A stretch of 27,329 nt of DNA from positions 1 to 27,329 of IMG/VR virus record IMGVR_UViG_3300013103_000050; one strand, written 5' to 3'. The stretch is from a virus. The notes beneath the pieces are model-generated. The model made no database searches. It was given only the letters and a program-made list of their open reading frames with translations, and was not told the DNA's origin. Below, in pieces: positions 8,891 through 19,700 of this stretch (positions are counted from its first letter, which is position 1; each line of letters starts with the position of its first letter). A program made the translations under genes and the position numbers.

Positions 8891-9415
8891 ATGGGAATTG
8901 GAGTTAATGAGTTTATAGCCAACTTTGAACATGGTGGTTATAGACCAAATTTATTTAAGGTATCAATTGCAAGTCCATTTATGGTTAATGCTACCAAATC
9001 ATCATACTTGTGTAAGTCAACAAGTTTGCCACCTAGTAATTTAGGTTTGGCAGATGTGTCTTATATGGGTCGTAAGATTAAGATCGCTGGTGATAAGGAG
9101 TTTCCATCATGGACAACTGATTTTTATGAGGATAACGATATGGTAAATCGTAAATCTTTTGAATATTGGTTATCAAAAATTTCAGCACATGAAGCTAATA
9201 CTGGTTATATTAAACCAAGTGAGTATTATGCTACTATTGTTTTGGATTTATTGAGTCATGAAACTGGTAATCCGGTTAGAACGTATAAACTAATTAATGC
9301 TTTTCCAACAGAAGTTGGTGAGCTGGCATTAGCATATGATTCTAATGATACAATTGGTGAATTTTCGGTAACATGGGAATTTAACTATTGGACAGTAAAC
9401 GATATTGATATTTAA
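8891..9415 (+). CDS. gp19: Tail tube protein gp19
   Basis: RPNLFKV, CKSTSLPPS, YMGRKIKIAGD, WTTDFYED, AFPTEVGELALAYDSND, EFSVTWEFNYW. It follows the sheath gene. Confidence 0.96.
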   Translation: MGIGVNEFIANFEHGGYRPNLFKVSIASPFMVNATKSSYLCKSTSLPPSNLGLADVSYMGRKIKIAGDKEFPSWTTDFYEDNDMVNRKSFEYWLSKISAHEANTGYIKPSEYYATIVLDLLSHETGNPVRTYKLINAFPTEVGELALAYDSNDTIGEFSVTWEFNYWTVNDIDI

Positions 9416-9429
9416 AATCAAGTAATATA

Positions 9430-9460
9430 AAAAGGGTAAATTTTGGTTTACCCTTTTTTA
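9430..9460 (+). terminator. Rho-independent terminator after gp19
   Basis: aaaagggtaaa-ttttgg-tttaccctttt stem-loop followed by a T run. Confidence 0.88.
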
Positions 9461-9464
9461 TATG

Positions 9465-9472
9465 TATAAATA
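9465..9472 (+). promoter_or_regulatory. Late promoter for gp20
   Basis: Exact TATAAATA just after the terminator, 29 nt before the gp20 ATG. Confidence 0.85.
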
Positions 9473-9501
9473 CTTCTATAACAATTTGAAATAGGTTTAC
9501 T

Positions 9502-11028
9502 ATGGAATTATTTGGCTGGAATATAAAGAAAATCGTTGGGAATAACCCAAAGGGTACTACATTTGTACAACCCCATAAAGAAGATGGGGCAATTGAGATC
9601 CATAATCAAGATGGATTTGCAAGTCAAAATGAACATATTATCAATCTGGATAATATTCCTACTGATGATTACAATTTAATTGTAACATATCGAAATTTAG
9701 CATTAAACCAATATATTGATGAAGGTATTCAAGAAGTTGTAAATGAAGCAATCATTCCGGATAATTTTGCCGATATTGTAAGTTTAAATCTTGATGCTAT
9801 TGAACCATCAATACTTTCTGAAAAAATGAAAGAAAGGTTAATAGAAGAATTTGATGAAATTTTAAGATTATTAAATTTTAAAAATGATGCATATGGATTA
9901 TTCCAAAAATGGTATATTGATGGAAGAATTTATTTCCATAAAATGATCGATAAGAATAAAATTAAAAAAGGTATTACACAATTAATGCCTATTGACCCAT
10001 TGGATATTAAATTAATCCGTGAGGTTAAAAGTACAACAACTGACGCTGTTCCTCTATATAAAACAGAAGATATAAACGAATATTATATTTATGATAAATT
10101 GGCTATTAAAAGTAAAAATAGCTATGCAGATACAAGTGCTGTTAAGATTGCCAAAGAAAATATTACATATGTAACATCTGGATTAGCTTCTTCTGATGGT
10201 TTGGTTATTTTAAGTTATTTGTATAAATCTATTAAACCATTTAACAATTTAAAGATGATGGAAGATTCTTTAATTGTTTATCGTGTAAGTCGTGCTCCCG
10301 AAAGACGTATTTTTTATGTTGATGTTGGTTCTTTACCAACTGGTAAAGCTGAACAATATTTAAAAAATGTTATGGATAAGTTTTCTACTAAGATTACTTA
10401 TGATGTAAATACTGGTGCTATTTCAAATCGTAAAAACTATCAATCAATCATGGAAGATTATTGGTTACCAAGACGAGAAGGTGGAAAAGGAACAGAAGTT
10501 TCAACACTACCTGGGGGTCAAAACTTGGGTGAATTGGAAGATGTTAATTACATGAAAACCAAATTATATAAGTCTTTGGGTATTCCATTATCAAGATTTC
10601 AAGATGATAGTGCATCATTTAATTTAGGTAGAACATCCGAAATTACAAGGGATGAATTAAGATTCAATAAATTTGTTAATAGACTGAGAGTTAAATTTTC
10701 AGGATTATTTGAAGATTTATTAAGAACCAATTTAATTTTAAAACAAATAATTGAACCAAAAGAATGGGAAAATATTGTTCAGGATATTAAATATGTTTAT
10801 AACGAGGACAATTATTTTGCCGAGTTAAAAGAAGTTGAAATACTTCAAGAACGTATGAACACTTACGAAATTATAAATAATAATGGAGTAATAGGAAAAT
10901 ATTTATCTAATGATACCGTTAGAAAAACTGTATTGAAACAAACACAGGAAGAAATGGAATATGAAGATAAATTGATTGAAAAAGAAAAAACTGTAAAACA
11001 ATATCAACCAAAAGAAGAAGAATTTTAA
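9502..11028 (+). CDS. gp20: Portal vertex protein gp20
   Basis: ELFGW, WYIDGRIYFHK, LKMMEDSLIVYRVSRAPERRIFYVDVGSLP, EDYWLPRREGGKGTEVSTLPGGQNLGE and EITRDELRF. Confidence 0.98.
   Translation: MELFGWNIKKIVGNNPKGTTFVQPHKEDGAIEIHNQDGFASQNEHIINLDNIPTDDYNLIVTYRNLALNQYIDEGIQEVVNEAIIPDNFADIVSLNLDAIEPSILSEKMKERLIEEFDEILRLLNFKNDAYGLFQKWYIDGRIYFHKMIDKNKIKKGITQLMPIDPLDIKLIREVKSTTTDAVPLYKTEDINEYYIYDKLAIKSKNSYADTSAVKIAKENITYVTSGLASSDGLVILSYLYKSIKPFNNLKMMEDSLIVYRVSRAPERRIFYVDVGSLPTGKAEQYLKNVMDKFSTKITYDVNTGAISNRKNYQSIMEDYWLPRREGGKGTEVSTLPGGQNLGELEDVNYMKTKLYKSLGIPLSRFQDDSASFNLGRTSEITRDELRFNKFVNRLRVKFSGLFEDLLRTNLILKQIIEPKEWENIVQDIKYVYNEDNYFAELKEVEILQERMNTYEIINNNGVIGKYLSNDTVRKTVLKQTQEEMEYEDKLIEKEKTVKQYQPKEEEF
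10872..10879 (+). promoter_or_regulatory. Possible internal late promoter in the 3' end of gp20 serving gp67/gp68/gp21
   Basis: Exact TATAAATA about 160 nt upstream of the gp67-like start. It could occur by chance in AT-rich DNA. Confidence 0.4.
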
Positions 11029-11040
11029 GGGGATAAAAAT

Positions 11041-11178
11041 ATGAGCTATGTAGACAACGTAATAAACAAAAAACCAGAAGAATTTAAACATGATGTAATT
11101 GCAACAATCAAAGAAAAGATTGGTGGATATATTGATTGGCGTAAAAATCAAATTGCAAAGGAACTATTCAAAAAATGA
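11041..11178 (+). CDS. gp67: Small prohead core protein, gp67-like (45 aa, below the ORF-track cutoff)
   Basis: Hand translation: MSYVDNVINKKPEEFKHDVIATIKEKIGGYIDWRKNQIAKELFKK*. SD-like AAGGGG upstream, fills the gp20-gp68 gap, ATGA overlap with gp68, and the C-terminal K..IA..LF pattern fits gp67-like proteins. Confidence 0.75.
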   Translation: MSYVDNVINKKPEEFKHDVIATIKEKIGGYIDWRKNQIAKELFKK

Positions 11179-11600
11179 TTTCATATAAAGAGTTCAATGA
11201 AGATTTATTTGAAGATCTAAACGATGAACGATTATTTGACATCATTTTAGAAGAATATGAAGATGATGATTTATTATCGGAAGATGATACAAGTTTCATC
11301 ATGGAATATTTAGATTCAAATGAATTTGAAAACGAAGAATTTATTGCCGAAAAAACTTATTTAAAAAAGGTTTTGGGTGGTGGTAGACGTATTCGTAAAA
11401 AAGATACACGTAAATTAAAATCTTTACAGTCTGATGGTAAGGGTGGTGTTAAAAAACTATCTGCTGGAAAACGTCATAAACTAAAAAAACAAGCTAAGAA
11501 AGCATGGAAGAAAGGTGGTAGACGTTCGGCCTCTGCTAAAAAACGTGTAGCTAAAAAGACCAAGAAAACACAACGTAAAAAAGGTGGTACAATCTCATGA
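11175..11600 (+). CDS. gp68: Prohead core protein gp68-like
   Basis: Acidic N-half with several xxE sites and a very basic C-half (RRIRKK...AKKRVAKKTKK). Positioned between gp67 and gp21. Confidence 0.75.
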   Translation: MISYKEFNEDLFEDLNDERLFDIILEEYEDDDLLSEDDTSFIMEYLDSNEFENEEFIAEKTYLKKVLGGGRRIRKKDTRKLKSLQSDGKGGVKKLSAGKRHKLKKQAKKAWKKGGRRSASAKKRVAKKTKKTQRKKGGTIS

Positions 11601-12247
11601 TTTTAATGCGAGAAGAATTTGAAGATATTCAATCAAATATCATAACAGAAAGTGAAGGTAAAAAGACAATGTATATTGAGGGTGTATTTATGCAAGATAC
11701 ACTTAAAAATAGAAATGGTCGTGTTTATCCAAAAAGTGTTATGTCTCATGCGGTAAAACAATATAATGAGAAATATGTACAAAAACATAGATCATTGGGC
11801 GAATTAAATCATCCTACACAAGCAACTGTTAATCCTGAAAAAGCATGTCATTTAATTACACATTTAAAAGAAGATGGTAATAATTGGATTGGTAAAGCGA
11901 AAGTTTTAAATACTCCAATGGGGTCAATTGTTAAAAATTTGATTGAAGATGGTGTTCAATTAGGTGTTAGTTCAAGAGGTTTAGGTACTGTAAAAGAATC
12001 TAATGGTTCTAATGTTGTACAAAATGACTATTGGATTTCCGCTGTTGATACTGTATTTGATCCATCAGCACCAGATGCATTTGTTAATGGTATCATGGAA
12101 AACAAAGAATGGATTTTTGAAAATGGTGTATTAGTTGAACAAGATATTGAAAAAATTCAAGATGAAGTTAATATCCTTGTACACAAAAGACAGTTCAATG
12201 AAGATGCTATGGAAAAAATATTCCAAAAAGTCATTACAAATATATAA
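11597..12247 (+). CDS. gp21: Prohead protease gp21
   Basis: YIEGVFMQ, NRNGRVYP, GELNHP, GKAKVLNTPMG, GVSSRGLG and DPSAPDAFVNGIME. Confidence 0.97.
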   Translation: MILMREEFEDIQSNIITESEGKKTMYIEGVFMQDTLKNRNGRVYPKSVMSHAVKQYNEKYVQKHRSLGELNHPTQATVNPEKACHLITHLKEDGNNWIGKAKVLNTPMGSIVKNLIEDGVQLGVSSRGLGTVKESNGSNVVQNDYWISAVDTVFDPSAPDAFVNGIMENKEWIFENGVLVEQDIEKIQDEVNILVHKRQFNEDAMEKIFQKVITNI

Positions 12248-12250
12248 TTT

Positions 12251-12258
12251 TATAAATA
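12251..12258 (+). promoter_or_regulatory. Late promoter for gp22
   Basis: Exact intergenic TATAAATA with SD AGGAG downstream. Confidence 0.85.
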
Positions 12259-12304
12259 TATAAAATATATAAAAATAATTAATTATTATTAGGAGAAATT
12301 AACA

Positions 12305-13075
12305 ATGCCAAAATTATTCACAGACGAAGATAAAACAATTCTTTTTGAAGGTGTTGATATTGCTGATGATAATCAAAATGAATTCATGGTTAAAATGGAA
12401 TCAATGATTACATCAAAGGTATCTGAATTAAAAACTAAATTAAATGAAAGTTTTGAAGCTGAAAAAGATGGAATTTTAGTATCACACAAAAAAGAAATCA
12501 CAGAAGATATGGAAACAAAAATTGATTCATACCTTGATTATGTGGTTGAAACTTGGGTAGAAGATAACGAAATTGCTCTGGATGCAGGTATCAAAAGCGA
12601 AATCTTAGAAGGATTTGTTTCAGGTCTGAAAGATCTATACGAAGATAATAACATTAACCTTGATGAAGAATCAATTGATGTTGTTGCTAAAGCTGATGAA
12701 AAAATCAATGAACTACAAGGTGATTTAGCCGAATCAATTACTAAAATTGGTGAACTTAAAGAATCAATTGAAGATTTCAAACGTGGAATTATTATCGACA
12801 AATATTCAGACGGTTTAACTGAATCACAGATCGAAAAATTGGATACACTTGTAGAAGGTATTGAATTTGGTTCTGATGAAACATTCAATGAAAAAGTTAA
12901 AATCATCCGTGAGTCTTACTTCAAAGAAGAAAAAGATGATGATGATGATGATGGAGACAAGGATGATGATGATTCTACTGACTTGAAAAAGAAAAAGAAA
13001 GAAAAAGTAGATGAAGCGATAAAACTTGAATCTTTGAATGAAGATTACATTTCAAAATTAGCAAAACGCTTATAA
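12305..13075 (+). CDS. gp22: Prohead core scaffold protein gp22
   Basis: Acidic coiled-coil. KIDSYLDYVVETWVEDNEIALDAGIKSEILEGFVSGLKDLY, LTESQIEKL, KVKIIRESYF. Lies between gp21 and gp23. A (GAT)6 poly-Asp tract is at 12935-12952. Confidence 0.93.
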   Translation: MPKLFTDEDKTILFEGVDIADDNQNEFMVKMESMITSKVSELKTKLNESFEAEKDGILVSHKKEITEDMETKIDSYLDYVVETWVEDNEIALDAGIKSEILEGFVSGLKDLYEDNNINLDEESIDVVAKADEKINELQGDLAESITKIGELKESIEDFKRGIIIDKYSDGLTESQIEKLDTLVEGIEFGSDETFNEKVKIIRESYFKEEKDDDDDDGDKDDDDSTDLKKKKKEKVDEAIKLESLNEDYISKLAKRL

Positions 13076-13086
13076 AAATACGAAAG

Positions 13087-13094
13087 TATAAATA
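13087..13094 (+). promoter_or_regulatory. Late promoter for gp23
   Basis: Exact intergenic TATAAATA with SD AGGAG downstream. Confidence 0.88.
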
Positions 13095-13131
13095 ACTAAA
13101 AGATTATAAAAAAAAATTTAGGAGACACAAA

Positions 13132-14343
13132 ATGCCAAAACCATTAAATGTTCTAGTAGAGAACTGGGACGAAGTTATTAACAATGACAAGTTTGAAAAC
13201 ATTGAAGATAACTATAAACAAAAAGTTACTGCTCAGTTACTTGAAAATCAAGTAGCATTTAGTAAGCAAGCAACACTTAACGAAGCCGGAGAACCTATAA
13301 ATAGCGTTGGTGCTGGTGGAGTTGATAACTATGATCCAATTTTAATCAGCCTTGTAAGACGTATGGCTCCAAAATTGATTGCGTTTGACCTATTAGGTGT
13401 TCAGCCTATGTCCGGTCCAACAGGATTAATCTTTGCCATGAAATCACGTTATAACACTCCATCTGGTGATGAAGCGTTTATGGACGAAGCTAACACCGCT
13501 TTCTCTGGTGCTGGAACGCATACAGGTGATGCTCCAAATCCAACTGCAACAGGTACAGGTATGCCTACTGCTGATGCGGAAGGAAGTGATAATTGGAATG
13601 AAATGGCTTTCTCAATCGAGAAATCAAGCGTTGAAGCTAAATCAAGACAGTTAAAAGCTACTTACTCAATGGAATTAGCTCAAGATTTACGTGCTATTCA
13701 TGGTCTGGATGCTGATAACGAATTATCAAATATTCTTTCAACTGAAATCATTTCAGAAATTAACCGTCAAGTTGTTCGTACCGTATATGATGCGGCCGTA
13801 GAAGGTGCTTCTGATACTACCGTTCCTGGAGTTTTCGATTTAGATATTGATGCTGATGGTCGTTGGTCTGTTGAAAAATTCAAAGGATTGTTATTTAACA
13901 TTGAACGTGATGCGAATAAGATTGCTATTGAAACACGTAGAGGAAAAGGTAACTTTATCTTATGTTCTGCTGATGTTGCAAGTGCTTTACATTTAGCTGG
14001 TGCGTTAGACAATCAAGGTAATAAATTAGACAACAACTTAACTGTTGATCCAACTGGTGCTACTTTCGCAGGTGTGTATCGTGGTCGCATGAAAGTTTAT
14101 GTTGATCCATATGCTACAACTGATTTTTATGTTGTTGGTTATAAGGGTGCGAATCAGTATGATGCTGGTATGTTCTATTGTCCTTATGTTCCATTACAAA
14201 AATTGAGCGCAATTAGTCAAGATACGTTCCAACCTATCATTGGTTTCAAAACCCGTTATGGTATGGTTAGTAATCCTTTCACAAGTATTGCTACTGGCGA
14301 GAATGTATACTACCGCAAAGTTGCTGTAACAAACTTACTGTAA
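13132..14343 (+). CDS. gp23: Major capsid protein gp23
   Basis: YDPILISLVRR, GVQPMSGPTGLIFAMKSRY, EMAFSIEK, ELAQDLRAIHGLDADNEL, GRWSVEKFKGL, YCPYVPL and FQPIIGFKTRYG. Probable gp21 cleavage at LNE51/A52. Confidence 0.98.
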   Translation: MPKPLNVLVENWDEVINNDKFENIEDNYKQKVTAQLLENQVAFSKQATLNEAGEPINSVGAGGVDNYDPILISLVRRMAPKLIAFDLLGVQPMSGPTGLIFAMKSRYNTPSGDEAFMDEANTAFSGAGTHTGDAPNPTATGTGMPTADAEGSDNWNEMAFSIEKSSVEAKSRQLKATYSMELAQDLRAIHGLDADNELSNILSTEIISEINRQVVRTVYDAAVEGASDTTVPGVFDLDIDADGRWSVEKFKGLLFNIERDANKIAIETRRGKGNFILCSADVASALHLAGALDNQGNKLDNNLTVDPTGATFAGVYRGRMKVYVDPYATTDFYVVGYKGANQYDAGMFYCPYVPLQKLSAISQDTFQPIIGFKTRYGMVSNPFTSIATGENVYYRKVAVTNLL

Positions 14344-14370
14344 TAATAACAATAATATGTAAGTAATATT

Positions 14371-14403
14371 AAAAGGGTGGCATTTTTTGCTCACCCTTTT
14401 TTT
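14371..14403 (+). terminator. Rho-independent terminator after gp23
   Basis: aaaagggtg-gca...tgc-t-caccctttt hairpin followed by a T run. Confidence 0.88.
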
Positions 14404-14407
14404 GTTT

Positions 14408-14415
14408 TATAAATA
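14408..14415 (+). promoter_or_regulatory. Late promoter for the 140-aa gene
   Basis: Exact TATAAATA right after the terminator, with SD AGGAG before the ATG at 14456. Confidence 0.85.
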
Positions 14416-14455
14416 CTATTACAATGATTAAATAAATATTTTAGGAGAAATTATT

Positions 14456-14878
14456 ATGGCAAGTGCTACAACAAGTGATTTTCAACATCATAGATTTATG
14501 AAGAAAGTCTTTCATGGGATTGATTGGACAGTTTATACTGATATTTTTGTTGCATTATTTTTAACATTACCAAACCTTGCAGGGTCAGGTGGTGCGGAAG
14601 TATCAACAACTGGTACAAACTACACAAGACAATCTGTTCCCGTTGGTGCAGTAAATTGGGATGTTGCAGGATTGGAATACTCTAACGCAAATGATATTAC
14701 TTATGGTGTGCCTAGTGCAACATGGGGAACTATTGTGGGTGCTGGATTGTATGATGCTTCAACAGGTGGTAATTTATTATATACTGCTCCATTGACTACA
14801 TCAAAATCAGTATCGGCTGGTGATGGTGCGCCAAAGATTTTGGCTAACCAATTAAGAATTACAAGAGCCACATGTTAA
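14456..14878 (+). CDS. Small virion structural protein of a widespread phage family (often annotated tail fiber or Gp80-like)
   Basis: FVALFLT..GAEVS..GTNYTRQSV...SNANDITY...TWGTIVGAGLYDASTGGNLLY..L..SKSVSAGD is a recognisable conserved phage motif set. Confidence 0.65.
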   Translation: MASATTSDFQHHRFMKKVFHGIDWTVYTDIFVALFLTLPNLAGSGGAEVSTTGTNYTRQSVPVGAVNWDVAGLEYSNANDITYGVPSATWGTIVGAGLYDASTGGNLLYTAPLTTSKSVSAGDGAPKILANQLRITRATC

Positions 14879-14906
14879 TTTAGATTTTTAAATTAATACA
14901 AAGATT

Positions 14907-14943
14907 AAAAGCCTACAAGTTGAAAGATTTGTGGGCTTTTTTT
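14907..14943 (+). terminator. Rho-independent terminator after the 140-aa gene
   Basis: aaaagcctacaagt-tgaaag-atttgtgggctttt stem with two G-U pairs and a GAAA-containing loop, then a T run. Confidence 0.82.
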
Positions 14944-14992
14944 GTTATATTAAATAATCATAAATATGTATGTTAATATATAGGAATATGAA

Positions 14993-16729
14993 ATGGCAGG
15001 TTATAAAACAACAGTAAAAAATGATGTACCAGTAAGTTTCCACACATTTGATTTAGATTCCAATTTAGATCATGGTGGACAAATTATTGATGAAATGAAT
15101 TCAAATAAAAATCCAATGTTTACCGTTGGTGATAATTATGAATTAGAATATATATCTTTAAATCCAATAGAACCATCTGATCAACATTCAATTAGAGTTG
15201 CCGAAGTATCAGAACCAAATGGGGATTATTCACCAATATATGCAAACATTCCCCATAATTCAGATTATAATATGGAACAATTTTCTATTGAATTTATTGT
15301 CAAGAAAAAACAAGCAAGTAGAACTGCAAATAATAATGAATGGTATTATAAACATAAATATACTCCATTAGTTAAAAAAGGTTCAAAAATCAATATTTAT
15401 TATAGTGATTTATATAATACAACGGATAGTCTTAAAGCTATTATTGGTGGACGTACTGTAACCCATAGTGAATCTAATAGTTGGCCCCTTTGGAATGTGG
15501 TAAATCATTATGTTTTAACTTATGGTACTGAACAAATAGATGTCAATGAATATAAAATTACATTGAGAATGTATTTAAATGGAAGAAATATTAGTACATC
15601 AACTGCCAATTATTTTGATTCTCCACCAAATGTTATTACAGGTGAACAATGGTTTCTTTTTGGTAATGGTGGTAATAATCCATTAACAGATTATACTACA
15701 GAAGATTTACAATTTGATCAATTTGCTATATATAATTATGTATTAACAAAAGAACAAGTATCAAACCATTATAGAAAAACCAAACAATATGTCGATTTAA
15801 TTAAAACAGATCAACCAACATATTATTGGCGTTTTAATGATACATCATTATTAAATAATACTATATATAATACCGTTGGTGGAATAAATGGTACATATTA
15901 TAATTCTTATGTAAAGGGAAATCCTGGACCCGAACACATACAGGATTCTATGTCAACGTATTTCAATAATGGTGGTACTGGTTATATTTACAATAGTGGT
16001 GGTTCATATAGTAATTATATTCCCATGTTGAAAACAAATCAGAATTATACTGTTGAATTTTGGTTTCAAATTGATCAAAATCATAAAGGTGTTATTTTTA
16101 CATCCCATGAAGATAAACCAAATCATAGAGGTTTAACAGTATATGCAAACTCTAAATTTGAAAATGAAACATCGGGCGTTATTCAATGTAATGAATCAAT
16201 TAAATATCAATTACACTCTCCGGATGGTGAAAACTATACTGATGGTAAATGGCATCATTTAGTATTTAGACGTTCCGGTACTACATTATATATGACCATT
16301 GATGGTAATGTTGTGGATGAAATGATAGCACCACTATTAGGTACAAATGGAGATCCTGGCGGTATTCATTTAATGTCATTAGATCCATATACATATACAA
16401 CGGATGGTAGTTTATCTGAACTTGCTTTATATCAATATGCTATTCAAGATATGCAAATTAATTCACGTTATCATTTTTCAACAAGACATAAAATATTTGG
16501 TTTTACATTATTAGAGGGTCAGGGTGTATCATCTATTGTAAGATTTTATGATAATATTACAGGTGAAAAGGTTGGTGAAACAATAAGTGATTCTACTGGT
16601 GAATATACATTTTATACATACAGTAATAAAAAATTGGATATTGTGGCATTATTACCTGATAACATAACAACACGTTATAGAATTCATGCACCAATAGTTC
16701 CAGCCGAATTTGACGATCCACATCTGTAA
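14993..16729 (+). CDS. Tandem LamG/concanavalin A-like lectin domain protein with a C-terminal transthyretin/carboxypeptidase-regulatory-like module
   Basis: Two units (D.P.SFHTFD / DQPTYYWRFND ... FSIEFIVK / YTVEFWFQ ... WHHLVFRR ... FDQFAIY / LSELALY). C-terminal HKIFG..VRFYDNITGEKVGETISDSTGEYTF. CATAAATA promoter variant at 14959-14966. Confidence 0.72.
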   Translation: MAGYKTTVKNDVPVSFHTFDLDSNLDHGGQIIDEMNSNKNPMFTVGDNYELEYISLNPIEPSDQHSIRVAEVSEPNGDYSPIYANIPHNSDYNMEQFSIEFIVKKKQASRTANNNEWYYKHKYTPLVKKGSKINIYYSDLYNTTDSLKAIIGGRTVTHSESNSWPLWNVVNHYVLTYGTEQIDVNEYKITLRMYLNGRNISTSTANYFDSPPNVITGEQWFLFGNGGNNPLTDYTTEDLQFDQFAIYNYVLTKEQVSNHYRKTKQYVDLIKTDQPTYYWRFNDTSLLNNTIYNTVGGINGTYYNSYVKGNPGPEHIQDSMSTYFNNGGTGYIYNSGGSYSNYIPMLKTNQNYTVEFWFQIDQNHKGVIFTSHEDKPNHRGLTVYANSKFENETSGVIQCNESIKYQLHSPDGENYTDGKWHHLVFRRSGTTLYMTIDGNVVDEMIAPLLGTNGDPGGIHLMSLDPYTYTTDGSLSELALYQYAIQDMQINSRYHFSTRHKIFGFTLLEGQGVSSIVRFYDNITGEKVGETISDSTGEYTFYTYSNKKLDIVALLPDNITTRYRIHAPIVPAEFDDPHL

Positions 16730-16740
16730 GGATAATTACA

Positions 16741-19700
16741 ATGCCTAATTTATATAAACTAACAATACCAAATACAGAAATTTCAAATGATTTATCTGAT
16801 TTTCCAGTATTATTAAATTTTGATACAACTTCTGGTTCAACTGATATAGATTCAACAGATCTATTTAATCACTTTGCATTTCCGGAAAGTGTTGATGATG
16901 ATTTCACGGGTGAAGATAATACTCAGCCTGATAGTAAATTGTGGATGGATGTTGATTTTGAATTGGATATAGGTGGCGTTACAAATACAATAGCTGATAT
17001 TGAAATATTAAACAATGAACTTAAAATGGATATTATTACTGATATTAGTAATGGTTATATTAGATCTAAATATAAAGTAAGTGGTGATTTTGATGTTCAG
17101 GTTAATTTCAATATACCCAATGGTATTCCAGTTCTAAGCGATAGTTGGGAATTTGGATTACGTTTTATAACAGATAAACACGATCCATTATTATTCCCTA
17201 TCGAAAATTTTACTATGGCAAGATATGGTGGTAGTAACGGTCCGTATTTATTTACTGGTACGGATATTACTAATATTACTGGTGGTAGTAATGATTTAAG
17301 TGGAAAATTAAGACTAACAAGAACTGGAAGTGTTATAACTGGTTATTATTGGAATGGTACTACATGGGTTGGTTTTGGTTCAGGTATTTCAAGTGCTTTA
17401 TCAATAGGATATTTTCAACTTGATATAAGAACGTGGAGTATTGATCATTCAATTAAAGTTGAATATGATAATTTTATTTTAAATTCCGGTAATATTGAAT
17501 GGGATGCAGAAGATTTACCAGAAGATTTAAATTTATTAAAAGTTGAATCACACACAAAACACAATAAAGTAGTTATGGGATTAAATCCATATGCTTATTG
17601 GCGTTTGGGTGAAATAACTGGCACTACTGCTTATGATTTATCTGGAAATAATTATAATGGTGCTATTGATGCTGGTGTTGTAATTAATCAATCCGGATTA
17701 TTAGTTAATGATGTAAATAAATCTATGCGTTTTACTGGTGATGGTATTGATTTTATTGATATTGGATCTGATGAATTAAATCAAGTTTCTATTAGTTGTT
17801 TGGTTAAATTTGAAGATTTAACATCAAATCAAATAATATTTAAAGAGGGTGGAAATGGAAACGGATTTGGTGTTGGTATAGTTGATTCTAAATTAAGTAT
17901 TGGTGTAACCTCAAATTCATCTAATACAAATTGGGGATATGCCACAAGTAATTTATCACTAAATCAAATATATCATATTGTTTGGATCTTGGATGTAACA
18001 AATTCCAAAATTCAAATATATCTTGATGGTGTTTTAATTGTAGATGAAACTGCTGTTATTGGTACTCATGATGGAACATGTAATTGTGCTATTGGAACAT
18101 CTAATTGTTATACGGGGTCATTTCAAAGTGCTCTTAGTGGTTTAGGGAATGATGAACCGTTTATTGGTACTATTGATGAAGTTGCAATATTTAATCAAAC
18201 ATTAAATATTGCAGAAGTTAATGAATTATATAATTCCACATTAGATAACATTATAGAATCATGTTCAATTGAAATTGATAGATGGGATCATAATAACAAT
18301 CAAGCTCAATTATGGGTTAAAGTTCCTTATGTTTATTCAAATGATGATACATTATTAACATTATCTAAAATGGAACACAATTATTCAATATATGTAAAAA
18401 GTTTAAAGCCTGTTGCATATTGGCGTTTAGGTGAATCAACAGGAAGTACAGCTTTTGATGAAATGGGGTCATATAATGGTACTTATATAAATTTACCAAC
18501 ATTAAATCAAAGTGGATTATTAGTTGATGATGGTGATGCTTGTGTTTATTTGGATGGTGTAGATCAAATAATTTCTGCACCATTTATATTTTCGGGTGAC
18601 ATGGATTCAACGGATTTAACATATACATGTTTAGTTAATCTTCCTGCGTTTAATACTTATGGAGCATTTTCTAATCAAGGATTATATAATTATGAATATA
18701 CAGTTGATGCAACGGGTCATGTTGTTGTATGGTATCAAGATGCTACAATAATAACATCAACAAATACATTAACATTAAATGAAACATATTTTCTTACATT
18801 AACAAAAGATGGAACAAGTCATACATTATACATATATGATATTAATGGTTTGGTTGAAAGTGTAAATGTAACTTCAAGTAAAAGTTTTACTTGGGATGAA
18901 ACAAATTTTTTCATTGGTAGCAATGGAAGTTCTAATTATGCTAATGTAAAAATTGATGAAGTTGCCATATTTGATTATGTATTATCATTACCGGAAATTA
19001 CAGAAATATATAATCAATCAATAGCAATAATTCAAAATCATGATATTGGTATTACTGGTGAAAGTCCTGCACAAGATGTATGGACAGAATATACTGCTGT
19101 TTATCATTTAAGTTCAGATGGTGCGGATAGTACAGCAAATGCGTTAGATGGTTCTATGATCAATATGGATTCATCTAATATAATTGATGGTGGAATAGGT
19201 AAGGCATTATCTTTTGATGGTACAACAGAATATATTAATATTCCACATAATGCATTATTTGATTCTGTTGATGGTTATCTTATAGAAAATACAATTAGAC
19301 CATTAACAACATGGAACCCTGTTGATCAAAAATACGCTACAATTATATCAAAAAATGCGGTTTGGGGTACTGCTGGTTTTTCACAAAATTTATATTTAAG
19401 AAATACATCAAATGATGTTAGATTAGAACATTATATGAGGGATGGTGGTAGATTAGTTAATATTTTGGGGACAGGTATAGTAGATTATACTGCTGATTTC
19501 AAATCACATTCATTTGTTTGTACTGCATTAACTGCTATTGATTCATATACAGATTCTTCTATTGATACACAAGATGTTCAAACTCTTGTAACATCATATA
19601 ATATGGGGTCAGATGATGTTCATATTGGATTAGGATATAGTGCTGATCCAAATGATGTTGGTTTCAATGGTATCATCCAAGAAGTTAGAATTGGAACATC

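Noticed and set aside
12935-12990. (GAT)6 tract and poly-Lys run in gp22 as a phase-variation or frameshift site
   Set aside because: The triplet repeat keeps the frame, and charged low-complexity linkers are common in scaffold proteins.
6382-13085. Shared ACGAAA upstream of the gp18 and gp23 promoters
   Set aside because: Only two instances, with different spacing to the promoter box, and short enough to arise by chance.
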